A stretch of 64,000 nucleotides of DNA from Clostridia bacterium (GCA_017394835.1 JAFPXD010000007.1:171591-235590); one strand, 5' to 3'; counted from the first letter of the stretch, positions 9,806 through 19,244 are shown. A program made the numbers and translations. Notes: generated by a model not told the origin, from the letters alone.

Positions 9806-9989
9806 TCCTTCGCCCGCTTGGGTCTCCCGCGCTCACTGACCAAAGGGATATAAAAGTGCTGGCGCAATTCCGAAAACCGTTCGGAATGCCCGCTCATTTC
9901 CGGCAGGATCGCCGACGTCCAAAACCCGTTGACGGCGGGTGGTTCCGGGAGATAGAATGTTATGAGAAGGAAGTATCGGAGGCAAGAAA

Positions 9990-10802
9990 ATGAAAAGCAT
10001 TATGAACGCGCCCTTCATGGCGGAAATGATACGCACTGCGACGAATATGTACGCCCACGGCTGGGATGAAAGGAACGGCGGCAACATAAGCATGCTGCTT
10101 GACGAGGCGGAATTGAAGGAATACCTCACGATCCCGGCCATCGTCCGCACCATCCCCACGGGCTTTACCGCTCCGGAGCTTGACGGAAAGCTCTTCCTCG
10201 TGACCGGCACGGGCAAATACTTCAAGAACGTTCAGTACGATCCCAAAAAGAATCTCGGCATAGTCCGCCTTGCGGAAAACGGCGCGGAGGCGGAGGTGCT
10301 CTGGGGCTTTTCGGACGGCGGCAGGTTTACTTCGGAATTCCCCGCGCACATGATGAGCCACGCGGCGCGCCTCGCCGCCGATCCCGAAAACCGCGTGATA
10401 ATGCACTGTCACCCGAACAACCTTATCGCCATGACCTATGTTCATACGCTGGATGAGCGCGAGTTCACCCGCACCCTCTGGCGCATGGAAACGGAGTGCA
10501 TAGTCGTATTCCCGGATGGCGTGAACGTGCTGCCGTGGATGCTCTGCGGCACCAACGAGATAGGGGAGGCCACCGCGAAAAAGATGGAGACCGCAAGGCT
10601 TGTCGTCTGGGCTCAGCATGGCATATACGGCGCGGGGCGCGATCTTGACGAGACCTTCGGCCTTATCGAGACCGCCGAAAAAGCCGCGGAGATATACATG
10701 AAAACGGCGCATCTGCCCATACTCAACACCATCACCGACGAAGCGCTCCATCAGCTTGAGGCGCGCTTCGGCGTAAAGGCGAGGGAAGGGTATCTCGATT
10801 GA
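9990..10802 (+). CDS. rhaD: Rhamnulose-1-phosphate aldolase (class II aldolase)
   Basis: It is near-colinear by eye with E. coli RhaD across GWDERNGGN, VTGTGKYFKNVQ, VIMHCHPNNLIA, ECIVVFPDGV and ETFGLIETAEK. GGAGG RBS. Confidence 0.85.
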   Translation: MKSIMNAPFMAEMIRTATNMYAHGWDERNGGNISMLLDEAELKEYLTIPAIVRTIPTGFTAPELDGKLFLVTGTGKYFKNVQYDPKKNLGIVRLAENGAEAEVLWGFSDGGRFTSEFPAHMMSHAARLAADPENRVIMHCHPNNLIAMTYVHTLDEREFTRTLWRMETECIVVFPDGVNVLPWMLCGTNEIGEATAKKMETARLVVWAQHGIYGAGRDLDETFGLIETAEKAAEIYMKTAHLPILNTITDEALHQLEARFGVKAREGYLD

Positions 10803-10844
10803 CCCGGAACTCAACACGGCAGATAACAGGAGAGTTAAAAATAA

Positions 10845-10871
10845 GCATCCACCGGCTTGCCCGGTGGATGC
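10845..10871. terminator. Bidirectional stem-loop between convergent genes
   Basis: Perfect 11-bp stem gcatccaccgg / ccggtggatgc with a 5-nt loop. A T-run (TTATTTTT) follows on the minus strand and a weaker T-rich tail on the plus strand. Confidence 0.6.
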
Positions 10872-10904
10872 TTGCCTTATGCCGCTCGTGTTGCGCACCT
10901 CTGC

Positions 10905-11135
10905 TTATCTGCGGCCCGTGCCCAAATACTGTGCAAAACGCCGCGCCTTTTTCCAAGTGAGCCCCTTTGCGCCGGAGCCGCTTCCGGGATCGGAGGTCGG
11001 CTCCGAGGCGGGCCCGGGAGTGAGATCGGGCGCTTCGGTCAGCACTTCATTAACCGCCGGGGGCTGTTCCTCCGCGCCGTCGTAAAACTCGCTCAAAACC
11101 ACGCTGCCGCCCGTTTCGTAAACGGCGCCGGGCAT
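10905..11135 (-). CDS. Hypothetical small protein (76 aa), Pro/Gly/Ser-rich
   Basis: Support comes only from position: it is the last ORF of a minus-strand cluster, immediately followed by the 10845-10871 hairpin plus T-run. There is no recognisable motif. Confidence 0.25.
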   Translation of the reverse strand: MPGAVYETGGSVVLSEFYDGAEEQPPAVNEVLTEAPDLTPGPASEPTSDPGSGSGAKGLTWKKARRFAQYLGTGRR

Positions 11136-11211
11136 GCTGCGCGCAGAAAAACGGGGCCCATAACGCCGTATGGGCCCCCGCGGGAGCAGCGCTTATTCTG
11201 TTTTTCACCTG

Positions 11212-11922
11212 TCAGTCCAATATCCTGCCGTCGCGTGAGATGGTCATGACCTGCCACGGGATGAACTTGCCGCTTGCCTTCAAGGCGTTTTCTGCGGCGC
11301 GCTGCAGCCCTCCGCAGCAGGGGACCTCCATACGGACTATGGTCACGGACTTTATATCGTTATCGCGGATGATGGCGGTGAGCTTTTCGGCGTAATCGAC
11401 GGCGTCGAGCTTGGGGCAGCCGATTATCGTCACTTTACCCTTCATGAAATCTTCGTGCATGTTGGCGTAGGCGTAAGCGGTGCAGTCGGCGGCGATGAGC
11501 AGCTTTGCGCCGTCAAAGAAGGGAGCCTGCGTGGGGACGAGCTTTATCTGGCAGGGCCACTGTGCAAGCTGCGAAGCGGCCCTTGCCGCCGCAGGCGCCG
11601 CGGCTTCCTCCCTCTTGAACCGCATCATCGCGGAGCCGGGGCAGCCGGGGCGGGGCGCGCGCGGCGCTTCGGCATTCGTTTCCTTGGCTTCCTTCGCCTT
11701 TTTGACGGCCGCTTCGTCGTATTCGGGAGCCTCGCGCTCCTCAAAGCTTATGGCGTTCACGGGGCAGGCGGGCAGGCAGTCGCCGAAGCCGTCGCAAAAG
11801 TTTTCGCGCACGAGCTTCGCCTTGCCATCGACCATCTCGATGGCTCCCTCGTGGCAGGCCTCGGCGCAGAGGCCGCAGCCGGTGCATTTGTCTTCGTCGA
11901 TGCGGATAACCTTGCGGATCAT
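11212..11922 (-). CDS. 4Fe-4S dicluster-domain protein
   Basis: The N-terminus has CTGCGLCAEACHEGAI and CDGFGDCLPACPVNAI, and the C-terminal domain is Cys-rich. The gene sits 1 nt after the TIGR04076 gene. Confidence 0.75.
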   Translation of the reverse strand: MIRKVIRIDEDKCTGCGLCAEACHEGAIEMVDGKAKLVRENFCDGFGDCLPACPVNAISFEEREAPEYDEAAVKKAKEAKETNAEAPRAPRPGCPGSAMMRFKREEAAAPAAARAASQLAQWPCQIKLVPTQAPFFDGAKLLIAADCTAYAYANMHEDFMKGKVTIIGCPKLDAVDYAEKLTAIIRDNDIKSVTIVRMEVPCCGGLQRAAENALKASGKFIPWQVMTISRDGRILD

Positions 11923-11923
11923 A

Positions 11924-12184
11924 TCATTCTTCCTCCTTTTCTATTTTGAATACGTTCATAACGTCGCTGTCGGGGCAGCAGAACAGCACCTCGCCGCTCC
12001 TCGCCCTCGGCGGTTCGCCGCCGTATCGGAGTATGTCGATATAGGGGAAAGCTACGTGCGCCGCCATGGGGCAGAGCGCGCCGCGCTCGGAGTCGAAGTC
12101 GAAGCTGTCGCCCACCTTGTGCCCCCTGTGGCAGGGGCATTCGCCGCGGCGTTCGATGAGAGTGATCCTGATTTTGGGCTTCAT
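11924..12184 (-). CDS. TIGR04076-family small Cys-rich protein
   Basis: 86 aa: KIRITLIERRGECPCHRGHKVGDSFDF..CPMAAHVAFPYI. The pattern matches my recollection of the TIGR04076 family. A second paralogue lies at 16925. Confidence 0.6.
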   Translation of the reverse strand: MKPKIRITLIERRGECPCHRGHKVGDSFDFDSERGALCPMAAHVAFPYIDILRYGGEPPRARSGEVLFCCPDSDVMNVFKIEKEEE

Positions 12185-12270
12185 GGTCTGCCTCCTCTTG
12201 CTTTTCTGCTTTGATTATAGTATCATTCGGGTATAAAGTCTGTTGTATTTACAACGAAAGTGAGCTTTTT

Positions 12271-12924
12271 ATGAAAAAATATGCGGATGTTTTGAAAGGA
12301 TCGAAGCTTTTTGCGAACGTGAGCGAGGATGAGATATTGGCCATGCTCGCCTGCCTCGACGCAAAGGAAAGGCATTACAAGGAGGGCGAATACGTTTTCC
12401 GTCAGGGCGAAACCGTTGATTCCGTTTCCGTTCTTGCGGAAGGAGCGCTCCTCGTGCAGGCGGACGATTACTGGGGCAACCGAAGCATAATCACCTCCGT
12501 CAGCCCGGGCGAGCTCTTCGGGCAGGCGTATTTAGCGGGCGAGGCGATAATGAACGACGTCGCTGCGGCGAAGGATTCGACCGTCGTTTTCTTCGATGCG
12601 AAAAGGGTTTTGACGACCTGCTCCTCCGCGTGCCCTTTCCACAATCAGGTCATACGCAACCTGTTCTTCGCCCTTTCGGAAACGAACCTGCGCCTCGTCA
12701 CGAAGCTTGGGCATATCCAGAAGCGCACCACGCGCGAAAAGCTTATGAGCTACCTTTCGCTAATGGCGAAGAAGGCGGGGAGCAATTCGTTCACGATTCC
12801 CTTCAACAGGCAGGAGCTTGCGGATTTCCTCTCCGTCGATCGCAGCGCCATGAGCGCGGAGCTCTGCCGAATGCGCGACGAAGGCCTGCTCCGCTTTAAC
12901 AAAAGCTCCTTCACGCTTATGTGA
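12271..12924 (+). CDS. Crp/Fnr-family transcriptional regulator
   Basis: The start is moved to ATG 12271 (MKKYADVL). It has an N-terminal cNMP-binding-type barrel (GELFGQAYL) and a C-terminal HTH (RQELADFLSVDRSAMSAELCRMRDEGLL). Confidence 0.8.
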   Translation: MKKYADVLKGSKLFANVSEDEILAMLACLDAKERHYKEGEYVFRQGETVDSVSVLAEGALLVQADDYWGNRSIITSVSPGELFGQAYLAGEAIMNDVAAAKDSTVVFFDAKRVLTTCSSACPFHNQVIRNLFFALSETNLRLVTKLGHIQKRTTREKLMSYLSLMAKKAGSNSFTIPFNRQELADFLSVDRSAMSAELCRMRDEGLLRFNKSSFTLM

Positions 12925-13064
12925 AGGAGCCGGGTCGCCGCGTTTTGTTTACGCTTCGTCCCTGTCCTCGGGCTCGAGGGGGAGAAGGATTATGTTTGCC
13001 ATAGTGCCGCCTCCGTAAAAGGGTGTGCCGGCGCTGTTCCGCGCCGATAAGCATCGCGCTTTCC

Positions 13065-14183
13065 TCACGGCTCCTTTTCGGGAGCCTTTTTTTCCCGCGC
13101 TTCCCGCGCTTCACGTCTTCTGCGCCGCTGTTCGCGGTTGTTCTTTTCGGATGCGAAAAGCTCCACAGCCGCGTCGGTGAGCACGTCGGGCCAGACCTTC
13201 CCGCTGGAAATGATATTCGCCCAGGGGCAGAGCTTTTCGTAATCGTCGTCGAATACGACGGTGTAGGGCGGGCCGCAGCGGTCGTTCACGTCCATGTAGA
13301 GGTGGCGCCCTTCGCCGATGATCTTGTATGTTTCGCGGTCGTCCATGCCGTCTTCCAACAGCTCGAATATCTCCTCCGTGATCTCGTAAAGATGATAGGC
13401 GCCTATCCCGCCTCGCTCGGCGGTGTATGTCCCGGCAGTCTCGTCATAACAGGCCTTCCAGCCGCAGCCTTCCTTGAAATGCAGCTTGTGCAGAGCGGGA
13501 TCGAGCAGCCCTTCAAGCTCGTGAAGATCCGAGATCGTGTGATCCACGCGAAATCCCTCCGGCACGGGCTTGTTTTCGGGATCGTACCAGCAGGTCGCGA
13601 TCCCGGCGTTCATGCCGCCCCTTATGTCGCTCGTAAGCGAATCGCCGACTATCATTATTTCGGAAGGATCCTCTGCGCCGATCGCGGCGAACACCTTCTC
13701 GAAGAAGCCGGGGTTGGGCTTTTCAACGCCAAGTTCCTCCGAAAGGAAAACGCCGTCCATGAGCTCGCCGAGCTTCGACCTTTCGAGCTTCTTCGTCTGC
13801 GCGGCGACGGTGCCGTTTGAAACGACATACTGCCTGACCCTGCCCTTGAGGCTTTTTACGACGTTCAGGCTGTCGTCGCGATAGACTATCGTATCGCCCA
13901 GCGTGAGCTGATAGCGCTCGTTGAATTCGGCCGCGATGGAGGTATCGACCCCGTATTCGCCGAAGAACCGCTCGAAACGGGCGACGAGCGCCTCGGCCTT
14001 TGTGAGCTCGTTCCTTTCGAGCCTCTGCCAGAATTCGACGTTTATTTCGGAATATCGGGCGATCATTTCATCCGTGCATTCGCCCAAGCCGAATTCTTCA
14101 AACAGCGTCTTTATCGCCGCCCGCTCCGCCGCATTGAAATCAAGCAGCGTTCCGTCAACGTCCCAAAGTACAGTTTTTATCAT
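13065..14183 (-). CDS. HAD-family hydrolase (YjjG-like nucleotidase type) fused to an uncharacterised C-terminal domain with a basic tail
   Basis: HAD motif I is LWDVDGTLLDF and motif IV is VGDSLTSDIRGG. About 150 extra C-terminal residues end in REQRRRRREAREAREKKAPEKEP. Confidence 0.75.
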   Translation of the reverse strand: MIKTVLWDVDGTLLDFNAAERAAIKTLFEEFGLGECTDEMIARYSEINVEFWQRLERNELTKAEALVARFERFFGEYGVDTSIAAEFNERYQLTLGDTIVYRDDSLNVVKSLKGRVRQYVVSNGTVAAQTKKLERSKLGELMDGVFLSEELGVEKPNPGFFEKVFAAIGAEDPSEIMIVGDSLTSDIRGGMNAGIATCWYDPENKPVPEGFRVDHTISDLHELEGLLDPALHKLHFKEGCGWKACYDETAGTYTAERGGIGAYHLYEITEEIFELLEDGMDDRETYKIIGEGRHLYMDVNDRCGPPYTVVFDDDYEKLCPWANIISSGKVWPDVLTDAAVELFASEKNNREQRRRRREAREAREKKAPEKEP

Positions 14184-14269
14184 AGGAAAATCTCCTCAGT
14201 CATTGAGCAGCCGGGCCGCTCCTTTGAACTTTAAGCCCTTTGAAGAGCGGCTTCATACGGTATCGACCG

Positions 14270-14857
14270 TTATTTCAGCTTCGCGCCGACCTTGAATGCA
14301 TCCGCAACCTTTTCGCCGAGCGCGAGATAGGCGTTGTTGGCGGGGTCGAACGCGATGGGCCTGAGCTTCTTCACGTCGATATGACCTTCGGTCATCACGC
14401 TCTCGTCGGCGGAAACGTTCACTATCTCGCCGATGAGGATCCCTTTTTCAAAGCTCTTGACCCTGCATTCGAGCGCCATGGGCAGCTCGGCTATGAGGGG
14501 CGCATCGACGAATTCGCTCTTTACCGCATGGAAGCCCGCCCTTTCGAACTTATCGGGGACCTTGCGCGCGGATTCGATGCCCACGTAATCACAGGCGGCG
14601 ACGTGATCCTCCGTCGCCATGCTGACGGTAAACGCCTTCCTCACAGCGAGATTGTCGGTGGTCTTGTGCTCGCCCAGGCTGATGGTGATCTCTCCGAAAT
14701 CCGTGGTGACGCCCCACGCCGCGTTCATCGCGTTGGGCACGCCGTTCTCATCGTACGTCGCGATTATCAGCACCGGCTGCGGCAGCATGATGGGTTTCGA
14801 TCCGAAATTGACTCTGCTCATTTTAACTTCCTCCTTGCCGGGTTTCCCCGTGATCAA
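14270..14857 (-). CDS. Flavin reductase-like (FMN-binding split-barrel) protein
   Basis: 195 aa. PVLIIATYDENGVPNAMNAAW and the overall size match the flavin-reductase domain family by recollection. Confidence 0.65.
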   Translation of the reverse strand: MITGKPGKEEVKMSRVNFGSKPIMLPQPVLIIATYDENGVPNAMNAAWGVTTDFGEITISLGEHKTTDNLAVRKAFTVSMATEDHVAACDYVGIESARKVPDKFERAGFHAVKSEFVDAPLIAELPMALECRVKSFEKGILIGEIVNVSADESVMTEGHIDVKKLRPIAFDPANNAYLALGEKVADAFKVGAKLK

Positions 14858-14979
14858 ATCATCGATACAAGTTTACCATATTCCCGTAAGCTTTTCAATC
14901 CGGCTTCAAAACGAGTATCGCCGCCCTCCGAGCGAAGGCGGCGAAGCGAGCCGGTCACCCGACCGGAAGCTGGATCCCC

Positions 14980-15756
14980 TTATTTTTCATTGCGCTGACC
15001 GAATAATGCGGTCAGCCCGTGAAGCACGAAGTAGGCGATAAGCGGGACAAGAATTGTCCCCGCGGAGATCATGAGCACGTAAACCGTCTGCCCCAAAAAC
15101 GCGCCGAGGCTGTTTATTATGCCGAGCCTTATCTCCTCCAAAAACGGAGCGTTGCTGTGAACGAAATTGTTGAAGTTCGTATCGATAAGCTGCGCAAGCG
15201 GGCCCACTATCAGGCAGTATAAGCCGTAGGTCATTATTACCAGCGGAACGTCCTTCTTCGTATTGAACCTTGCCAAGCCCTGGAATATGAACAGGAAGAA
15301 AGTAAACGTGCCTATCCCGTGGAACAGTACGGTATGCAGCTCGAAGAAGCTTCCTCCTCTGCCCGTGATATAATTCCACATGCTTCTTATCGCGTCGTCC
15401 GAATAAACGACGTTCGGATAGACGGCCATGAACAGGAACAAGCAGGTCGATACCACTCCCGCGAGCAGTATAAACTTACCTCTGTGTTTCCCCTTATAAA
15501 AGCACGCAATGGGATGGATAAACAGAAACAGGCTGCAGAAATGCAGGGGTATCCAATACGTGCTGTAACCCGTGACGACGCCGGTTATCTGCTTTGCGGC
15601 TTCCAGTATAAGCAGCAGAACAGTGCAGATCTTGAGCGGCAGAAGCCTTGTTTCAAGGTCCTTGTTTTTTAATGCGCGGCTCAGAATAAAAGCGATCGCG
15701 GCATAAACGATGAACTGCGGTATCAGCGTGTATGCGTGCAGCGGCGTCCAAAACAT
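14980..15756 (-). CDS. Polytopic integral membrane protein (YwaF/TIGR02206-like)
   Basis: 258 aa with about 7 hydrophobic segments. The family assignment is by recollection only. Confidence 0.5.
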   Translation of the reverse strand: MFWTPLHAYTLIPQFIVYAAIAFILSRALKNKDLETRLLPLKICTVLLLILEAAKQITGVVTGYSTYWIPLHFCSLFLFIHPIACFYKGKHRGKFILLAGVVSTCLFLFMAVYPNVVYSDDAIRSMWNYITGRGGSFFELHTVLFHGIGTFTFFLFIFQGLARFNTKKDVPLVIMTYGLYCLIVGPLAQLIDTNFNNFVHSNAPFLEEIRLGIINSLGAFLGQTVYVLMISAGTILVPLIAYFVLHGLTALFGQRNEK

Positions 15757-15838
15757 AAGCGTTGTTCCTCCTTGTTTGTAAAAAACGGTCCTTCGGATCC
15801 CGGCTCGGCGCTCCCGCTTCGGGGGAGGCCCCTGCGCT

Positions 15839-16894
15839 TCAATTACCTCCGCCCATCAGGACCTCCAGCGCCTGCTCCCACACGGTTTTTTCGGGCCATG
15901 AGGAAGTGTCGAAGGCGTCCCTCAGACAGCGCAGATAAAACTCCGTTTTTATAAGGCACGGCTCGAAATACCTGTCCGGATCCAGCTCGCTGTCGCCCAT
16001 AGCGGCTCTGCTCAGATAGCCCATCAGGTTCGCACGATCCTCCAGGGGATTCTGCATGGCGTAGCTGTTGCTGAAATACTCCAGATATTCGACGTGCTGC
16101 TCGATGATCTCGTTTGTGAGCTCCTCGTCGTCATATGGATAGACAAAGCCCTCCGGGTTGAGCGCGTTCCACGCCTCCTCGGAGAAAAGGCGGCCCTCCT
16201 CGTGCTCCGAAACGTATTGGAGCCGACGGTCCGTCACGTGGGCGAGCTCGTGCGGGAGCGTGTTGGACAAGGTGTCGATGAGAAGATCCTCGCAGTCGAT
16301 ACAGACAAAATGACGCATGCGGGACATATCCATGCCGCCAACCGGATCCACCTCCGGGCCGAAGGAGGTATATCCCATCGCAACGGAGGAATACGCCACC
16401 AGATACAGATCAAGACCATAGAATTCGTCGAATAGGAGCTGATCGAAATAGCCCTCGGGATAATAGCCGAGGATCCGCTCGACCTGATCGAGACTGCGCT
16501 TCACCAGGGCCGGATCGCACTGCGTTTCGTTCCCGTGAGCCAGTATCCAATTCGGCACAAGATCCGCGATGTAGATATAGATCCCGTGACGGCTCCCTAT
16601 CTCCGCCGCCCTTTCATACTGCTCCCGGAGCTCTTCGATCCCGCCGTAGCGCACCTCCTGCGAATGAGCCGCGCTGTTGTCGTTAAGGGAAACCGAATGA
16701 GGCGCCATGTTGGGCTCGGGAGTGGGTGCGGCTGTCGGCGCCTGCGTTTCGGGAACCGCGGTGGGCTTTTCGGTCCACGCCCCGCTCGGAACGGGGGAAT
16801 TTGCGGCATTCCCGCCTTCCGAGCCTTTGCAGGCCGCGAGAAGGATAAGCAGCAGCAGGGCTGCGATAAGTGAAACGATGCGTTTATAGCTCAT
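15839..16894 (-). CDS. Lipoprotein with HExxH zinc-metallopeptidase motif
   Basis: It has a signal peptide with the lipobox LLAAC, a Pro/Thr/Ala-rich linker and TLPHELAHVTD (HExxH). Confidence 0.6.
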   Translation of the reverse strand: MSYKRIVSLIAALLLLILLAACKGSEGGNAANSPVPSGAWTEKPTAVPETQAPTAAPTPEPNMAPHSVSLNDNSAAHSQEVRYGGIEELREQYERAAEIGSRHGIYIYIADLVPNWILAHGNETQCDPALVKRSLDQVERILGYYPEGYFDQLLFDEFYGLDLYLVAYSSVAMGYTSFGPEVDPVGGMDMSRMRHFVCIDCEDLLIDTLSNTLPHELAHVTDRRLQYVSEHEEGRLFSEEAWNALNPEGFVYPYDDEELTNEIIEQHVEYLEYFSNSYAMQNPLEDRANLMGYLSRAAMGDSELDPDRYFEPCLIKTEFYLRCLRDAFDTSSWPEKTVWEQALEVLMGGGN

Positions 16895-16924
16895 GCGCTT
16901 TTCCTCATTAACGACCTTTCTGTT

Positions 16925-17212
16925 TCAAATCTTATAAGGGTTTTTCCCATAAAACGGTTCTTTTTGATCTATTACCTCGCCGTGGATGCGAACTCTGCCT
17001 CCGTCCGGACATTCGGCGTCGAACTCTTTTGCACGACCGTCTCCGTGATCGAGCGAAGCGCCGTTTCGCAGCGCATAGACCGAGGGGTATATGCTGTTCC
17101 ACAGCTCATGGCACAATGGCGGGCACAGATCCTCAACTATAAACTCCTGTCCCTCTTTGAAATACCCGCATCTGCATTTGCTCTCTGTGATCGTCAGCTT
17201 GACTATAGGCAT
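16925..17212 (-). CDS. TIGR04076-family small Cys-rich protein (paralogue 2)
   Basis: The start is moved to the Met at 17212 (MPIVKLTI), with GGGGAG 5-6 nt upstream. Sequence: KCRCGYFKEGQEFIVEDLCPPLCHELWNSIYP. Confidence 0.6.
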   Translation of the reverse strand: MPIVKLTITESKCRCGYFKEGQEFIVEDLCPPLCHELWNSIYPSVYALRNGASLDHGDGRAKEFDAECPDGGRVRIHGEVIDQKEPFYGKNPYKI

Positions 17213-17330
17213 AATACTCCCCCGCAAATTCGGTTTTCTTAAAAACAAGTTTACCACATCCGCGCCGCTATTTCAATCTTGCCGTAATAAAACCGCCCTC
17301 GTGTGAGGGCGGCTGTCTGTGCTGTTAATA

Positions 17331-18176
17331 TCAATTCGTGCAGTCGCACGTCAATTCCAAAAGCTGCAGTTCATCTCCGAGATCCCGAAGGACCGCTTCG
17401 CCGGTTCCGATCCGATAGATCCAGTCCCTTGTCGCTTTGTTTGTGCCTTCGGCGTCAAAGATCGACATGAGGGGCATGATCGGCACATGCCGCTCGGCTT
17501 CCCCGTCCTCCCAAGCGTACGGATTCATCCGGTATAACCTGAAATGCAGAGTGCAGGTCTCCTCGTCCACGCTCTCCACAAGCGCAAAGCGGACCGGGAA
17601 AGAGAACTGTTCGGTCGGATAAGGGGGAACGTTCAAAAACCAGCCGTCTTGGTAAATACAGTTAAAGCTCTCGTTTTCATCGAGCGTAATGCTGTAATCC
17701 TCCCGATCGGGGGAAATGGTTTTTCCGAAGTAATAGGTCAGCGTTTCATTGATCTGCTCAAGCGTCAGCGCCCGGCAGGAAACGCCGTTATACTCCCGTT
17801 CGGCGACAGCTTCCGGATCGTTCGCTCTTCTGAACCCAAAGACAAATCGTATCAGCTCTTCGTCCTCGTCCAGATCGGTACTCGTGTTCGTGATGTTCTG
17901 CTGAACGATGTCGGTAATAAAACGATTCAGCCGCACATTATTCTCATCGACCTCCCATGAGCGAGGTCTTTTTGTTTCTCCGGGAGCGTTGGCCGCCGCG
18001 GAAGGCTCGGGTGTTTTTTCAGCGGCGTCGGGCGTCTCCGTCTGCCCGGTTACCGTCTGTTCGGGCGCAGATTCGCGCCGGATCCGCGCTTTTATCCCAA
18101 AGCCCGCTGCGATCAGAAGCACGACTGCCGCCGCGATGAAAAGCGCCTGCTTCCATCCGAATTTATGTTGTTTCAT
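17331..18176 (-). CDS. Membrane-anchored hypothetical protein
   Basis: 281 aa with a single N-terminal TM (ALFIAAAVVLLIAAGFGI), a low-complexity linker and a C-terminal globular part without recognisable motifs. Confidence 0.5.
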   Translation of the reverse strand: MKQHKFGWKQALFIAAAVVLLIAAGFGIKARIRRESAPEQTVTGQTETPDAAEKTPEPSAAANAPGETKRPRSWEVDENNVRLNRFITDIVQQNITNTSTDLDEDEELIRFVFGFRRANDPEAVAEREYNGVSCRALTLEQINETLTYYFGKTISPDREDYSITLDENESFNCIYQDGWFLNVPPYPTEQFSFPVRFALVESVDEETCTLHFRLYRMNPYAWEDGEAERHVPIMPLMSIFDAEGTNKATRDWIYRIGTGEAVLRDLGDELQLLELTCDCTN

Positions 18177-18295
18177 GTTCGATACCCCTTTTCTCCGCTT
18201 CCCGGTTTTGTTCCGGTCGGCGTATGTGTCGACTGAATTATACTTAGGTATCTCACATATTTCAAGACAATCGCCGCTTGTATGTCGACTTAGAA

Positions 18296-18913
18296 TCAGT
18301 CTTCGAGAACGCTGTAATAGCCCTTGTACCGAAGCCGCTCGATCATTGCGTGGAACTCGTCCTCATCAAAGCCTTCGCCCTCTTCCAGCCACCATTTTAT
18401 AATGGACGCCAGACTGACGGAATAGATTTTGATAAACAGATCGTATTTCTTCTGCTTCTTCCCGTTCTCTGCTTTCAGGATGTTCTGCGCGGCCATTTTC
18501 TTTTCGATCTCGTCCGCAAACAGCAAGAACCCGTCGAACATATCCGTTCTGACGTTCAGTATCCGCGTCAGCGCGCTGCGCCGCTGTGCGAGCCATGAGA
18601 GCAGTTCATCAAAGAGCGCCTTCTCACTATCCGTATCCCGGATGATATTCAGATCGAAGAATCGCTGAAACCACAGGCCGACCAGCGATCTGCACGTTTC
18701 CTTGAACAGCTCTTCCTTCGAGCCGAACAAGAGATAGAACGTCGTCCGGTTGATCCCGGCGCGACCGGACAATTCCGAGATCGTGACGTCGCGGTATTCC
18801 CGTTCGTTCAGACAGCACAAAAGCGCCTGTCTCAGTTTTTCAACCGTACCTGCGGAATCGGCAAGCCGTCTCATGATCATTTCCCTCCGTTTCGGATCCT
18901 TTCCATACATCAT
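18296..18913 (-). CDS. TetR/AcrR-family transcriptional regulator
   Basis: The N-terminal HTH is VTISELSGRAGINRTTFYLLF. The exact start is uncertain because there are several in-frame Met codons. Confidence 0.8.
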   Translation of the reverse strand: MMYGKDPKRREMIMRRLADSAGTVEKLRQALLCCLNEREYRDVTISELSGRAGINRTTFYLLFGSKEELFKETCRSLVGLWFQRFFDLNIIRDTDSEKALFDELLSWLAQRRSALTRILNVRTDMFDGFLLFADEIEKKMAAQNILKAENGKKQKKYDLFIKIYSVSLASIIKWWLEEGEGFDEDEFHAMIERLRYKGYYSVLED

Positions 18914-19140
18914 ACCACAACCGCCCGGAAATCGCCACCGCCATCATGCGGGGATCAAAAAAACGTCCCTTGCGCTCCGCGCGGCGTCTGACCGGGGCGG
19001 ACTGCGGGCCAAGGTCAACGCCCGCAAGCGGTCGATGGGACTTGTTTTTGCACGATGCCTTGTATTCATATTGATTCTCCTTGTAATTTGATTATGAAAA
19101 GGAAAGGCGCCCGCTTGCGCGAGCGCTTCGAGTCTTTGTT

Positions 19141-19199
19141 TATACCCGCTTGGGTATAACGACGAATGTTCAGCACACATTTATACCATTTCGGGTATA
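19141..19199. promoter_or_regulatory. Two TATACC-Nx-GGTATA dyads upstream of the hip-like operon (candidate HipB operators)
   Basis: The dyads are tataccc-gctt-gggtata (19141-19158) and tatacc-atttcg-ggtata (19182-19199). A third half-site, gggtata, lies at 19234-19240. Confidence 0.45.
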
Positions 19200-19215
19200 G
19201 TCTCCGATTTATCTC

Positions 19216-19244
19216 TTGACATTACACCTTAAAGGGTATAAAAT
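19216..19244 (+). promoter_or_regulatory. Sigma-70-type promoter of the hip-like operon
   Basis: TTGACA at 19216-19221, a 17-nt spacer, then TAAAAT at 19239-19244. Confidence 0.5.
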
